Origin: a virus
Lineage: Duplodnaviria; Caudoviricetes
IMG/VR virus record: IMGVR_UViG_3300017777_000502
Location: 1-31,780 of that record
Strand: one strand, 5' to 3'
DNA length: 31,780 nucleotides
The position numbers and the translations under genes were made by a program. This document shows, piece after piece, positions 1 through 8,596 of the stretch. Under the pieces are notes generated by a model. That model worked only from the letters and a program-made list of their open reading frames with translations, made no database searches and was not told the origin of the DNA. Position 1 is the first letter of the stretch, and each line of letters opens with the position of its first letter.

Positions 1-1
1 A

Positions 2-316
2 GTTACCAAAAAAGGCAATCGGTCAGACATTGAAGAATTCTTTGCACTTGAGAAACTGAACGCACAAGAAGTTGAGTTGCGTGAGCGAATGATCTACGCA
101 GGCAGGCCCGGTATGTGGCAAGACTGGCAGAAGTTCCAAGCAGCGGCGGCCAAAAGGCGCAAGGGCGAAAAAGATGCTGCGGCCAAGGCCATCAAGGTGC
201 GAAAGGCCAAGATGGAGCAATTGACCGAGTACATCGCCATCGGTATTGGCAGCATCATCCTGACTGCATTACTGATTTACGGCATCATCATTTACATGAT
301 GCACATCCGAAGATGA
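2..316 (+). CDS. Hypothetical phage protein with C-terminal transmembrane helix (5'-truncated by window)
   Basis: Frame is open from base 2 (VTKKGNRSDIEEFFALEKLNAQEVELRERMIYAGRPGMWQDW...). It has a hydrophobic C-terminus (IAIGIGSIILTALLIYGIIIY), and its stop overlaps the next ATG (ATGA at 313-316). Confidence 0.75.
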   Translation, partial: VTKKGNRSDIEEFFALEKLNAQEVELRERMIYAGRPGMWQDWQKFQAAAAKRRKGEKDAAAKAIKVRKAKMEQLTEYIAIGIGSIILTALLIYGIIIYMMHIRR

Positions 317-921
317 GCGAGAAACCTGAATCCATCATCGACAAGGTGCTGGCCTATGTGGACAGCCCCTTCAAGCTGTTTGCGGCCATCCTGATGGGTG
401 TCATTGCGTTTAGCGGGTACTTCCTGTGGCAAAACCAAACTTTCATGTTTGATGCCTACAAGGAATCCAAAAAGCTGCCCGAGATCAACACCTCAAGGGC
501 AGATGATGCCAGTTCGATGCTGCTGAAGAAAACAGGGGCCACGGTGGTGGCCGTGTTCAAGGTCAACCCTCTGTTCAACAGCAGGGTGCTGTATCGGGCA
601 TACACCAAGGATGGCCGCGACAAGGCGATTGAGGATATTGATGTGGGGCTGTTCAGTCAAAACACGGCCAACAACTCGGATGTGGTCAAGCTGATGACCA
701 ACGAGATCCCGTGCGGTGAATACCGATACGCACAGTCCGAAGTGGGGCTGTGGTATTTAGACAAGGGCGTGACCTACACCTGCCGGGTGAGTGTTCCACC
801 AGACAGTCACAGGTTTGTGGGCCAGATCACAGTGGGCTGGGCAGAGCAACCAGCAAACATTGAGCAAGTAAAATTCATGCTGGAGATCGCCAGCGCAATG
901 CTAACCAAAAGGGGAAACTGA
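313..921 (+). CDS. Putative holin, T4 holin T-like (single TM plus periplasmic GAF-like domain)
   Basis: The ATGA overlap fixes the start at 313 (202 aa). One N-terminal TM (LFAAILMGVIAFSGYFLW) is followed by FMFDAYKESK, ATVVAVFKVNP and RFVGQITVGW, which resemble T4 T as I recall it. It lies in the lysis cassette. Confidence 0.6.
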   Translation: MSEKPESIIDKVLAYVDSPFKLFAAILMGVIAFSGYFLWQNQTFMFDAYKESKKLPEINTSRADDASSMLLKKTGATVVAVFKVNPLFNSRVLYRAYTKDGRDKAIEDIDVGLFSQNTANNSDVVKLMTNEIPCGEYRYAQSEVGLWYLDKGVTYTCRVSVPPDSHRFVGQITVGWAEQPANIEQVKFMLEIASAMLTKRGN

Positions 922-922
922 T

Positions 923-1411
923 ATGGATTGGCTAAGACAAATCGCACCCACCATCGCCACGGCAATGGGCGGCCCACTGGCTGGGATGGCCGTGTCGGTC
1001 ATCTCCAAGGCCATCGGTGTTGACCCCGACAAGGTGGGCGACATGATCAGCAACAACAAACTGACAGCCGAGCAGATTGCCCAGGTCAAGATCGCTGAGA
1101 TTGAACTGCAAAAGCAGGCGCAAGAGCTTGGCCTGAACTTTGAAAAGCTGGAGGTGGAAGACCGAAAGTCAGCACGGGATATGCAGGCGGCCACAAGATC
1201 CTTGATGCCGCCACTGCTGGCAGGATCTGTCACTGTGGGTTTCTTTGGCATCATGGGCATGATGTTTAACGGCCAAGTGGACAGCAGCAACCCGGCTATC
1301 TTGATGATGCTGGGCAGCCTTGGCACGGCATGGACAGGCATCATCTCTTACTACTTTGGCTCCTCTGCTGGCTCACAGGCCAAGACCGATTTGCTTTCTA
1401 AAAAGGCGTGA
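923..1411 (+). CDS. Holin, 3TM GTA-type holin family
   Basis: N-terminal APTIATAMGGPLAGMA, central DRKSARDMQ, two C-terminal hydrophobic helices ending YYFGSSAGSQAK. Directly upstream of the endolysin. Confidence 0.75.
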   Translation: MDWLRQIAPTIATAMGGPLAGMAVSVISKAIGVDPDKVGDMISNNKLTAEQIAQVKIAEIELQKQAQELGLNFEKLEVEDRKSARDMQAATRSLMPPLLAGSVTVGFFGIMGMMFNGQVDSSNPAILMMLGSLGTAWTGIISYYFGSSAGSQAKTDLLSKKA

Positions 1412-1412
1412 C

Positions 1413-1919
1413 ATGAAAGACAACTTTGACGAAGCATTAAAGGCTGTGCTGCACCACGAAGGAGGGTACGTTTTTCACAAAGACGATCCAGGAGGTCGGA
1501 CCAACCTTGGCGTGACGCAAAAGGTCTGGGAAGAATGGGTCGGCCATAAGGTGGATGAAAAGGCCATGCGTGCCTTGACCCCCGAGATTGTTGGCCCGAT
1601 GTACAAGGCCAAGTATTGGGACAAGATTAAGGGCGATGACCTGCCTGCTGGCGTGGATTACGCTGTCTTTGACGCAGCGGTCAACAGTGGGCCAGGGCGT
1701 GCCGCCAAGTGGCTCCAAGCCTGTGTGGGTGTCGAGCCTGATGGCGGCATTGGCCCCAAGACCTTGGCGGCGGTGGCAGCGTTTGAGGGTGACTTGGTTG
1801 ACGATTACAGCAAGCGCCGACTGTCATTCCTGATGGACTTGCCCCATTGGCCGACTTTCGGCAAGGGCTGGGGCCGCAGGGTGGCCGATGTGAACAAGAC
1901 AGGCTCTGGCATGGCATAA
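1413..1919 (+). CDS. Endolysin, glycoside hydrolase family 108 with peptidoglycan-binding C-terminus
   Basis: HEGGY..HKDDPGGRTNLGVT catalytic motif, FDAAVNSGPGRA, DGGIGPKT and FGKGWGRRV. ATG at 1413, 2 nt after the holin stop. Confidence 0.92.
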   Translation: MKDNFDEALKAVLHHEGGYVFHKDDPGGRTNLGVTQKVWEEWVGHKVDEKAMRALTPEIVGPMYKAKYWDKIKGDDLPAGVDYAVFDAAVNSGPGRAAKWLQACVGVEPDGGIGPKTLAAVAAFEGDLVDDYSKRRLSFLMDLPHWPTFGKGWGRRVADVNKTGSGMA

Positions 1920-1935
1920 GTGGAATAATCACCAA

Positions 1936-2592
1936 ATGGCCAACGTCAAGCAGCAACTCGAAACCCCCGCAATCCCAAGTCTTGGTTTTGCGCCTGCGGC
2001 CTATGAGCAAAGGCATTTCAGCGAGAACTACGGGTCACTGAACACCTACTTTCGCAGGATGATCGGTGTGCTGGGTTCGTTGTTTGGGCCGATGGGTTCC
2101 AAGTTCCTGAACACCCCCCATGGTGCGTTTCAGGATTCGACAGACCAGACTGCCGCCAACACGACCACAGCCTATGCGGTCACATTCAACACCACTGACT
2201 TTTCCAACGGCGTGACCATTGCCAGCAGCAGCCGCATGACGGTGGCTGTGGATGGTATTTGGAACGTGCAGTTTTCCATCCAGTTCAAAAACACCACCAA
2301 CGATGGTCAGGATGTTGACATCTGGTTTCGCAAAAACGGCACCAACATTGCGAACAGCAACAGCCGATTTCATTTGCCACCAAGAAAATCCTCTGGCGAC
2401 CCAAGCCATGGGATTGCGGCACTGAACTTTTTTGTAAGCATGGTCGCCAACGACTACATTGAGATCATGTTTAACGTAACCAATACTGGCGTAAGCATTG
2501 AGCATTTTGCCGCTGGCACAAGCCCGACCCGGCCAGCAATTCCATCAGCGATTGCCACGGTGTCGTTTGTCTCCAACTTACCAACGGTGTGA
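1936..2592 (+). CDS. Virion/tail-associated protein with beta-rich (C1q-like) C-terminal domain
   Basis: Thr/Ser-rich beta-strand pattern (GIWNVQFSIQF, DVDIWFRKNG, DYIEIM). Sits immediately before the tail hub gene. Confidence 0.55.
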   Translation: MANVKQQLETPAIPSLGFAPAAYEQRHFSENYGSLNTYFRRMIGVLGSLFGPMGSKFLNTPHGAFQDSTDQTAANTTTAYAVTFNTTDFSNGVTIASSSRMTVAVDGIWNVQFSIQFKNTTNDGQDVDIWFRKNGTNIANSNSRFHLPPRKSSGDPSHGIAALNFFVSMVANDYIEIMFNVTNTGVSIEHFAAGTSPTRPAIPSAIATVSFVSNLPTV

Positions 2593-2594
2593 CC

Positions 2595-4073
2595 ATGTAT
2601 ATCCCATTGAAACTTCCCCCAGGCGTCTACAAAAACGGCACCGAATACCAAGCTGCTGGCCGCTGGAACAACGCCAACTTGGTGCGCTGGTACGAGAACA
2701 CCATTCGGCCAGTTGGCGGGTGGCGCAAGTTTTCAGCAAGCCAACTGTCGGGCATGTGCCGAGGCATCATCCCTTGGCGGGACAACGGCGGCACGCGCTG
2801 GGTTGGCATTGGCACGCACACCAAACTCTATGCCATGTCGCAGCTTGGCGTGGTCAAGGAGATCACGCCAACTGGCATGGCCGCAGGCATTGCTGACGCC
2901 ACCACGGTGACTGGCTATGGCTACAACAATTACGGCAGCTACGCATACGGCGTGGCCAGGCCTGACATCGGCACATCAACACCAGCCACCACTTGGTCGA
3001 TGGACACATGGGGCGAGTATCTGGTGGCCTGCTCCAGCACTGACGGTATGCTGTACGAGTGGCAGCTTGGCTTTACAACGCCCACACTGGCCGCACGAAT
3101 CACAAACTCACCTGCAAGCTGCAAGGCTCTGATGGTCACAGCCGAGCGCATTATTTTTGCCCTGGGCGCGGATGGCAACGCACGCAAGATTAAGTGGTGC
3201 GACCAAGAAGACAACACGGCATGGACAGCCTCCACCAGCAACCTGGCTGGAGACTATGAGTTGTCATCGACAGGCACCTTGCTGGCTGGCAAGCGCGTCA
3301 AGGGTATCAACTTGCTGTTCACCGATGTGGATGTGCACACAGCGCAATATGTGGGTGCGCCATTTGTTTATGGCTTTGAGCGTGCTGGCTCTGGCTGCGG
3401 CCTGATTGGGGCGCAGTCTGTGGCTGCCATCGACACTGCCGCCATCTGGATGAGCAAGTCAGGGTTTTGGATTTACGATGGTTACGTCAAGCCACTGCCA
3501 AGTGATGTGGGTGATTACGTCTTTCAAAACATCAACTATGCGCAGTCATCCAAAATCTATGCGGTCCACAACAGTCAGTTTGGTGAGATCTGGTGGTTTT
3601 ACCCCAGCATCTCCAGCAACGAAAACGACAGCTATGTCACGTTCAACTATCGAGAAAATCATTGGTCAATTGGTGCGCTGGATCGCACTGCTGGCAGCCA
3701 TGCTGGTGTTTACACCAACCCGCTGATGGTGTCTGATGATGGCTATGTGTACGAGCATGAGGTGGGCTATGCCTACGATGGCGCAACGGTGTTTGCAGAG
3801 TCTGGACCGATTCAGATTGGCAATGGCGACAACGTGATGAGCGTGCGTGAGGTCATCCCCGATGAACAGACATTGGGCGAGGCCGTGGTTTCATTCACCA
3901 GCAGGCTGTACCCCACAGGAGCGCAATCGTCATTTGGGCCTTATTCGGCAGCCAACCCGACTTCTGTCAGGTTTTCGGGCAGGCAGGTCAATGTGAAGGT
4001 GACGGGTGCTGTGCTGGCCGACTGGCGCATTGGCACGATGCGGCTGGATGCGGTGCCTATGGGCAAGCGATGA
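2595..4073 (+). CDS. Tail hub/nozzle (P22 gp10-like DNA stabilisation protein)
   Basis: About 490 aa beta-propeller-like protein (WSMDTWGEYLVAC, IKWCDQED, GEIWWFYPS). Its position before the ejection genes is typical of podoviruses. Alternative GTG start at 2589. Confidence 0.72.
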   Translation: MYIPLKLPPGVYKNGTEYQAAGRWNNANLVRWYENTIRPVGGWRKFSASQLSGMCRGIIPWRDNGGTRWVGIGTHTKLYAMSQLGVVKEITPTGMAAGIADATTVTGYGYNNYGSYAYGVARPDIGTSTPATTWSMDTWGEYLVACSSTDGMLYEWQLGFTTPTLAARITNSPASCKALMVTAERIIFALGADGNARKIKWCDQEDNTAWTASTSNLAGDYELSSTGTLLAGKRVKGINLLFTDVDVHTAQYVGAPFVYGFERAGSGCGLIGAQSVAAIDTAAIWMSKSGFWIYDGYVKPLPSDVGDYVFQNINYAQSSKIYAVHNSQFGEIWWFYPSISSNENDSYVTFNYRENHWSIGALDRTAGSHAGVYTNPLMVSDDGYVYEHEVGYAYDGATVFAESGPIQIGNGDNVMSVREVIPDEQTLGEAVVSFTSRLYPTGAQSSFGPYSAANPTSVRFSGRQVNVKVTGAVLADWRIGTMRLDAVPMGKR

Positions 4074-4438
4074 TTGACCTGGGGCATCTGGAGCGACTGC
4101 GCCACCATGTGGAGGCGGCATTAGAATACTCTGGAGGCACACACCACTTTGATGATGTCGTTGAGATGGTGAGGGACAGCAGGCTGCAAGTGTGGCCGGC
4201 CACAGAGTCCATTGTGCTGACTGAGATCATTGTCTATCCACGGCTAAAGAATTTGCACTATTTCTTGGCTGGAGGCGACCTAGATGAACTTTCACGGATG
4301 CGGCCAATGATCGAATCCTGGGGCAAGTCAGTGGGTTGCACCAGGGTGACTTTGGCAGGCCGCAGGGGCTGGTCAAAGACATTTTTACAAGATGAAGGGT
4401 ACAGCCCACAGTGGTCTGTATTGGCAAAGGAGCTTTAA
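4070..4438 (+). CDS. Small GNAT-like virion assembly protein
   Basis: LHYFLAGGDL...WGKSVGCTRVTLAGRRGW pattern. Occupies the slot between nozzle and ejection genes; ATGA overlap. Confidence 0.55.
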   Translation: MIDLGHLERLRHHVEAALEYSGGTHHFDDVVEMVRDSRLQVWPATESIVLTEIIVYPRLKNLHYFLAGGDLDELSRMRPMIESWGKSVGCTRVTLAGRRGWSKTFLQDEGYSPQWSVLAKEL

Positions 4439-4440
4439 CC

Positions 4441-6171
4441 ATGGCAACAGCAGCGGAAATTCAAGCAGAACTGGCGGCAGGCCCACAGACACAGGATGCA
4501 CTTGATGCGGCTTTGCTGAAGTACTCGCCAGCCGAGATGGCTGCGGCATTCCCTCAGTTTGGCAACGTGGCCGACTTCAACAATGCGACTCAGCAGGCGT
4601 ATGCACGGGTGCAGCAGCAGCAGCAGGCTGCTAACCGTGCGGCTGTGCAAGCTGACATGGCGGCAAGAGGTGAGGAAATTCGTATCGCCAACCCCGGTGG
4701 ATCGGTCACCACACAAAGCACACCCCGTCCTCAGATTTCTGGAATTCCACAGTCTGAAGTGGATGCGGCCAGAGCGAGACTGACACCAGAGCAGCAGCAA
4801 TTCATTGACTGGCAGATAACCCAAGTCAACAGCATGACTGGCGAAAGAATTGGTGATGCCTATGCGCGGCAGGGTGTCAACCCATACGCCAACCCAGCAC
4901 AAGCACAGGCACAAATTGACCGTGCCACAAATCGTGAAGAATTGTTTGCACAGGCTGGCATTAACCCCGGCGACCTGCGCCCATGGAGCGATGCACCACC
5001 ACCAACAGTGGGCGGCGGTGGACTGCTTGGCGGTGGCACGGCACCAAGAACAGTCGTTGGTGGCGGTGGTGTGACCCCTGGCACTGCACCAGCCACTGGC
5101 GGTGGACTGCTTGGTGGTGGCACTACAGCACCCGCTGCACCAGCACCAGCAGCACCCGCAGCACCTGCCAACCCCCGCATCCAAGCCATCCAGCAGTGGT
5201 ACAGCGCCAACGCTGGCCGCACAGATCCACAGGCCCAAGGCGACCTGAACAGGTGGCTGGCCACAAGCGGATTCACAGCCCGAGAGATCAACACAGCCCT
5301 GCCTCAGTGGGGTTTGAATGACCTTCAAAACGCCATGCGCACGGCCATTGGTGAGGTGGCGCAGCAGACACCATTCGCACCAGCAGTGACGCAGCCCTTA
5401 GTGCAGCCCTACACATCCATTGCCTCGCAACTGCCTGGAGGCATGGACGCACGCGCCCAAGAGATTCGCAACTGGTATGCGGCCAATGAAGGCCGAGGCA
5501 CTCAGGCTGATTTAGATCGTTTTCTTGCCAGCGGTTACTCTGCCCAAGAGATCAACAGGGCATTGCCGCAGTTTGGTGTGAATGACTTGGAGCGCCAGAT
5601 TGGTGTTGCGCGGCAGGCATACCCAGATGCAGCTTTGCAGCGCCAACTTGCGGCATACCAAGCAACTGCACCCGGTGCGCAATTCACAGGCGCTGTCAGC
5701 CCCTACGGCCTACTGACGCAGCAGACGCAGGCATTCCGCAACCCGTATGCCGACACCTTGGCCAACACGTCATTGGGCGGCTACAACCCCGGCGTGTACA
5801 ACGTGCTGCTCAATGAGACTGTGGACCCTGTGACGGGTGCTGTTATCGACAATGGCAGCGGCAACACGGGCGCTGGTGGTGCATCTGGCGGGGATGCTGC
5901 TGCATCACCCGGTGAAACTGGTGTCTCTGCTGAAGGCGAAGCAAGTGCTGGAGGCCCAGGAAGCGGCGGTGGTGCCGACAACTACATGGGCGGCCTGATC
6001 ACCCAAGTATTTGGCCCAGACCCTGATGGCCCCGATGAAGGCCAGATCAACATCCAGCGTGGCGAATACGTCATCAAAAAATCAGCGGTTAAGAAGTATG
6101 GCCAAGGCTTGCTAGACATGATCAATGACGGCAAGATCCCTGCCAAGAAAATGAAATCTTTACTCGGTTAA
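4441..6171 (+). CDS. Internal virion/ejection protein with repeated helical domain
   Basis: Ala/Gln/Gly-rich, AAGGAG RBS before ATG 4441. The C-terminal GGLI..GP.PDG.DEG.I.I.RGEYVIKKSAV..YG..LLDMIN motif is typical of internal virion and tape-measure proteins. Confidence 0.65.
   Translation: MATAAEIQAELAAGPQTQDALDAALLKYSPAEMAAAFPQFGNVADFNNATQQAYARVQQQQQAANRAAVQADMAARGEEIRIANPGGSVTTQSTPRPQISGIPQSEVDAARARLTPEQQQFIDWQITQVNSMTGERIGDAYARQGVNPYANPAQAQAQIDRATNREELFAQAGINPGDLRPWSDAPPPTVGGGGLLGGGTAPRTVVGGGGVTPGTAPATGGGLLGGGTTAPAAPAPAAPAAPANPRIQAIQQWYSANAGRTDPQAQGDLNRWLATSGFTAREINTALPQWGLNDLQNAMRTAIGEVAQQTPFAPAVTQPLVQPYTSIASQLPGGMDARAQEIRNWYAANEGRGTQADLDRFLASGYSAQEINRALPQFGVNDLERQIGVARQAYPDAALQRQLAAYQATAPGAQFTGAVSPYGLLTQQTQAFRNPYADTLANTSLGGYNPGVYNVLLNETVDPVTGAVIDNGSGNTGAGGASGGDAAASPGETGVSAEGEASAGGPGSGGGADNYMGGLITQVFGPDPDGPDEGQINIQRGEYVIKKSAVKKYGQGLLDMINDGKIPAKKMKSLLG
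5014..5123 (+). repeat. 26-bp direct repeat (GGCGGTGGACTGCTTGGYGGTGGCAC) at 5014-5039 and 5098-5123
   Basis: Two copies with one mismatch, each encoding GGGLLGGGT in the Gly/Pro linker. Confidence 0.85.
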
Positions 6172-6183
6172 AGGAGAGCGAAA

Positions 6184-7119
6184 ATGTCAAAAGGTGGAAC
6201 CAGCACCAGTGGTGTGAATATTGATCCAGACGTTAAGGAAGCGTTTCTTGCCAACTTTGCCAATGCGCGAAGTGTTGCAGGGGCGCTGTCTACGCAGCAG
6301 TTTGCAGCACTTAACCCAACGTATCAGGCGGGTGAAGAGGCTTTGGTCAACACGGGCTTGGCTGGCCCCGGCATTGCTGGCACTGACTTGGCCGCGCAGA
6401 TGGCCGCTGCTGGTGGTATGTATCAGCCCATGCAGCAGGTCGCTGGCCAAGCCAACCTTGGCATGACGGGTGCAGGCTCCATCGGCTCTTACATGAACCC
6501 CTACACCCAGATGGTGCGTGAGAACGCCTTGGGTGACTTAGAGTCTGCACGCAGATCGGCCATCCAGCAAACGGGTGAGCGTGCCACACAAGCCCGAGCT
6601 TTTGGTGGCTCACGCCAAGGTGTCGCAGAGGCTCTGACAAACCAAGGGTTTGCCAAGCAAGCCGCGACACTTGGCACGCAACTCAACGAGAACGCATTCA
6701 ACAACGCAGTGCAATTGCAGGCGGCTGACCTTGCACGCCAACAGCAAGCAGCGGGAGCCAACCAAACAGCAGGCTTGCAGGCTGCGCAGTTGCGCCTTGG
6801 CGGTACGCAGCAACTTGGCAGCTTGGCAGCACAGCAGCAGGCTTTGCGCCTTGGCGGTGCGCAGGCGGTGATGGGTGCAGGCGGGGCGCGTCAGGCACTG
6901 GAGCAGCAGCAGATGGATGCCATCCGCAACATTGGCCTGCAACGCCTTGGCGTGGTGCAGTCGAGCCTGGGTGCGCAGCCTGCGAACCTTGGCCAGATCG
7001 CCACCACCCCATACAGCCAGAACGTGGCATCTGGCGCATTGGGCGGTGCATTGGCTGGTGGCCAAATGTTTGGCCCATACGGCGCAGTGGCTGGTGGCAT
7101 TTTGGGCCTGCTGGGTTAA
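6184..7119 (+). CDS. DNA ejection (pilot) protein
   Basis: MSKGG start, YMNPY and AFGGSR motifs, Gln/Ala-rich, ending in a Gly-rich hydrophobic tail (GALGGALAGG...GAVAGGILGLLG). AAGGAG RBS. Confidence 0.7.
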   Translation: MSKGGTSTSGVNIDPDVKEAFLANFANARSVAGALSTQQFAALNPTYQAGEEALVNTGLAGPGIAGTDLAAQMAAAGGMYQPMQQVAGQANLGMTGAGSIGSYMNPYTQMVRENALGDLESARRSAIQQTGERATQARAFGGSRQGVAEALTNQGFAKQAATLGTQLNENAFNNAVQLQAADLARQQQAAGANQTAGLQAAQLRLGGTQQLGSLAAQQQALRLGGAQAVMGAGGARQALEQQQMDAIRNIGLQRLGVVQSSLGAQPANLGQIATTPYSQNVASGALGGALAGGQMFGPYGAVAGGILGLLG

Positions 7120-7129
7120 GGAGAATCAC

Positions 7130-8596
7130 ATGGCAACAGGTTTTGACTTTGCAAGTTTGGGCAATATGTTTGCCCCAGGCGGCACACCGACAGGGATTGA
7201 TGCCCTGTTCAACGAGGACCAGCGCCGACTGATGGGCCGCAATGCCAACCTGTCGGCGGCGGCTGCGCTGCTGCAAGCCAGTGGCCGCAGCCGTGAGCGC
7301 ATTGGCTTGGGTCAGGCTCTTGGCTCTGCCCTGCAAGCGGGTCAGCAGGGCTACCAACAAGCCCGTGCGGGATCGCTGCAAGATTTGTTGCTGGGTGAGA
7401 AACTGAAAGAGGCGCAAGACGTAAGGACGCGACAAGCTGAAATGTCTAAACTTTTCCCGCAAGTATTTCAGCGCACAGACACTCCAGAGACAACAGCAAT
7501 TCCCGGTTTCCCCGGCTTCCCTGGGCGAGATGAGGACGGAAACTTGATGCCCGGTGCGCAATTCACCCCAGCGTCTACGCAGTTAAGAGTTGACCCCAAC
7601 AAACTGCAAGCATTGGCAATGCTTTCAAAAAATCCGCTGGAGAGTCTTGGGCAAATTGCAAAATTAGTTCCAGACCTTAGAAAAGCTGGATTGACTGGTG
7701 CAGGCACACAAACAGATAACCCTTTCAGTGTGTTTACAACAGATCAAACGATCCCTCAAAACGTGCGCAATGTTGCCCAGCAATATGCCAACAGTTTTTC
7801 ATCTGGTGCCTTGGACCCCGACAAGGTTGATGATCGGGTAAAAACCTTGTCTGAAATGGCGCAAAGAGCGCAACAATTTGCTGCGACAAAGGATGAAAAA
7901 GAAGCTAACAGACTGAGAATGGAGGCTCAATTTAAGCAGTCTCAAGATGAAAAAGAAGCCAACCGACTCAGAATGGAGGCTCAATTTAAGCAGTCTCAAG
8001 AGGCTTTGGAGTCATTCCGCAGTCAAGGTCTGGAAAACTCAGCGCAGGCCAGAAATTTGGCCGCAAGCATCCAGCAGCAAACTCTTGATATGCGCAGAGA
8101 AGCTAACGCCAACAAGCCGGAACAGTTTTCTTATTCTCAGAAAAAGGACTTTGACAGTGTTCAGAAAACACTGGAAACGGCTAAGTCGGCTGAAGACAGC
8201 GCATTGCTTGCCGCAAGGGCAGCGCCATTGTTGTCTCAGGCATATGGTGGCCGTGTTGAATCAGGAATTAAAGGCTTGGCTGGAGCTGTTGGTTTCAGCA
8301 CTGCCGCAAAAGAAGCCAATGACCAGTTGACGCAAATCTCTCAGCAATTGGCTCTTAAAACCCCAAAATTTAGTGGACCAACATCAGATGCTGATGCAAA
8401 AAGATATGACAAGGCTGTTGGTGATTTGGCCAACCCTAGCGTCAGCCAAGTATCAAAAATTGCAGCATTGAAAGACATTCAAAACCTTGCACTCAAGCAA
8501 GCAGATTACGCACGACAACAAGAAAATTATTATTTTGCAAACAATAAGAGTTTGCGAGGTTTTTCGTTTACTGAGTCCAATCCATTTGGGAAGTGA
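7130..8596 (+). CDS. DNA ejection protein
   Basis: AAGGAG RBS at 7118-7123 supports ATG 7130. Helical Q/A/E-rich protein with C-terminal GPTSDAD motif, inside the ejection cluster. Confidence 0.65.
   Translation: MATGFDFASLGNMFAPGGTPTGIDALFNEDQRRLMGRNANLSAAAALLQASGRSRERIGLGQALGSALQAGQQGYQQARAGSLQDLLLGEKLKEAQDVRTRQAEMSKLFPQVFQRTDTPETTAIPGFPGFPGRDEDGNLMPGAQFTPASTQLRVDPNKLQALAMLSKNPLESLGQIAKLVPDLRKAGLTGAGTQTDNPFSVFTTDQTIPQNVRNVAQQYANSFSSGALDPDKVDDRVKTLSEMAQRAQQFAATKDEKEANRLRMEAQFKQSQDEKEANRLRMEAQFKQSQEALESFRSQGLENSAQARNLAASIQQQTLDMRREANANKPEQFSYSQKKDFDSVQKTLETAKSAEDSALLAARAAPLLSQAYGGRVESGIKGLAGAVGFSTAAKEANDQLTQISQQLALKTPKFSGPTSDADAKRYDKAVGDLANPSVSQVSKIAALKDIQNLALKQADYARQQENYYFANNKSLRGFSFTESNPFGK
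7892..7999 (+). repeat. 54-bp in-frame tandem duplication (DEKEANRLRMEAQFKQSQ x2)
   Basis: Copies at 7892-7945 and 7946-7999 differ only at synonymous positions. Confidence 0.95.

Noticed and set aside
115-312. N-terminal extension of the 268-aa ORF
   Set aside because: It overlaps the upstream gene out of frame. The ATGA overlap at 313-316 gives the plausible start.
4435-5328. Cys-rich antisense ORFs over the low-complexity ejection gene
   Set aside because: They are artefacts of GCA/CCA-rich Ala/Pro codons read on the reverse strand.
6875-7129. N-terminal extension of the 573-aa ORF
   Set aside because: It overlaps the previous gene, and a strong AAGGAG precedes ATG 7130.
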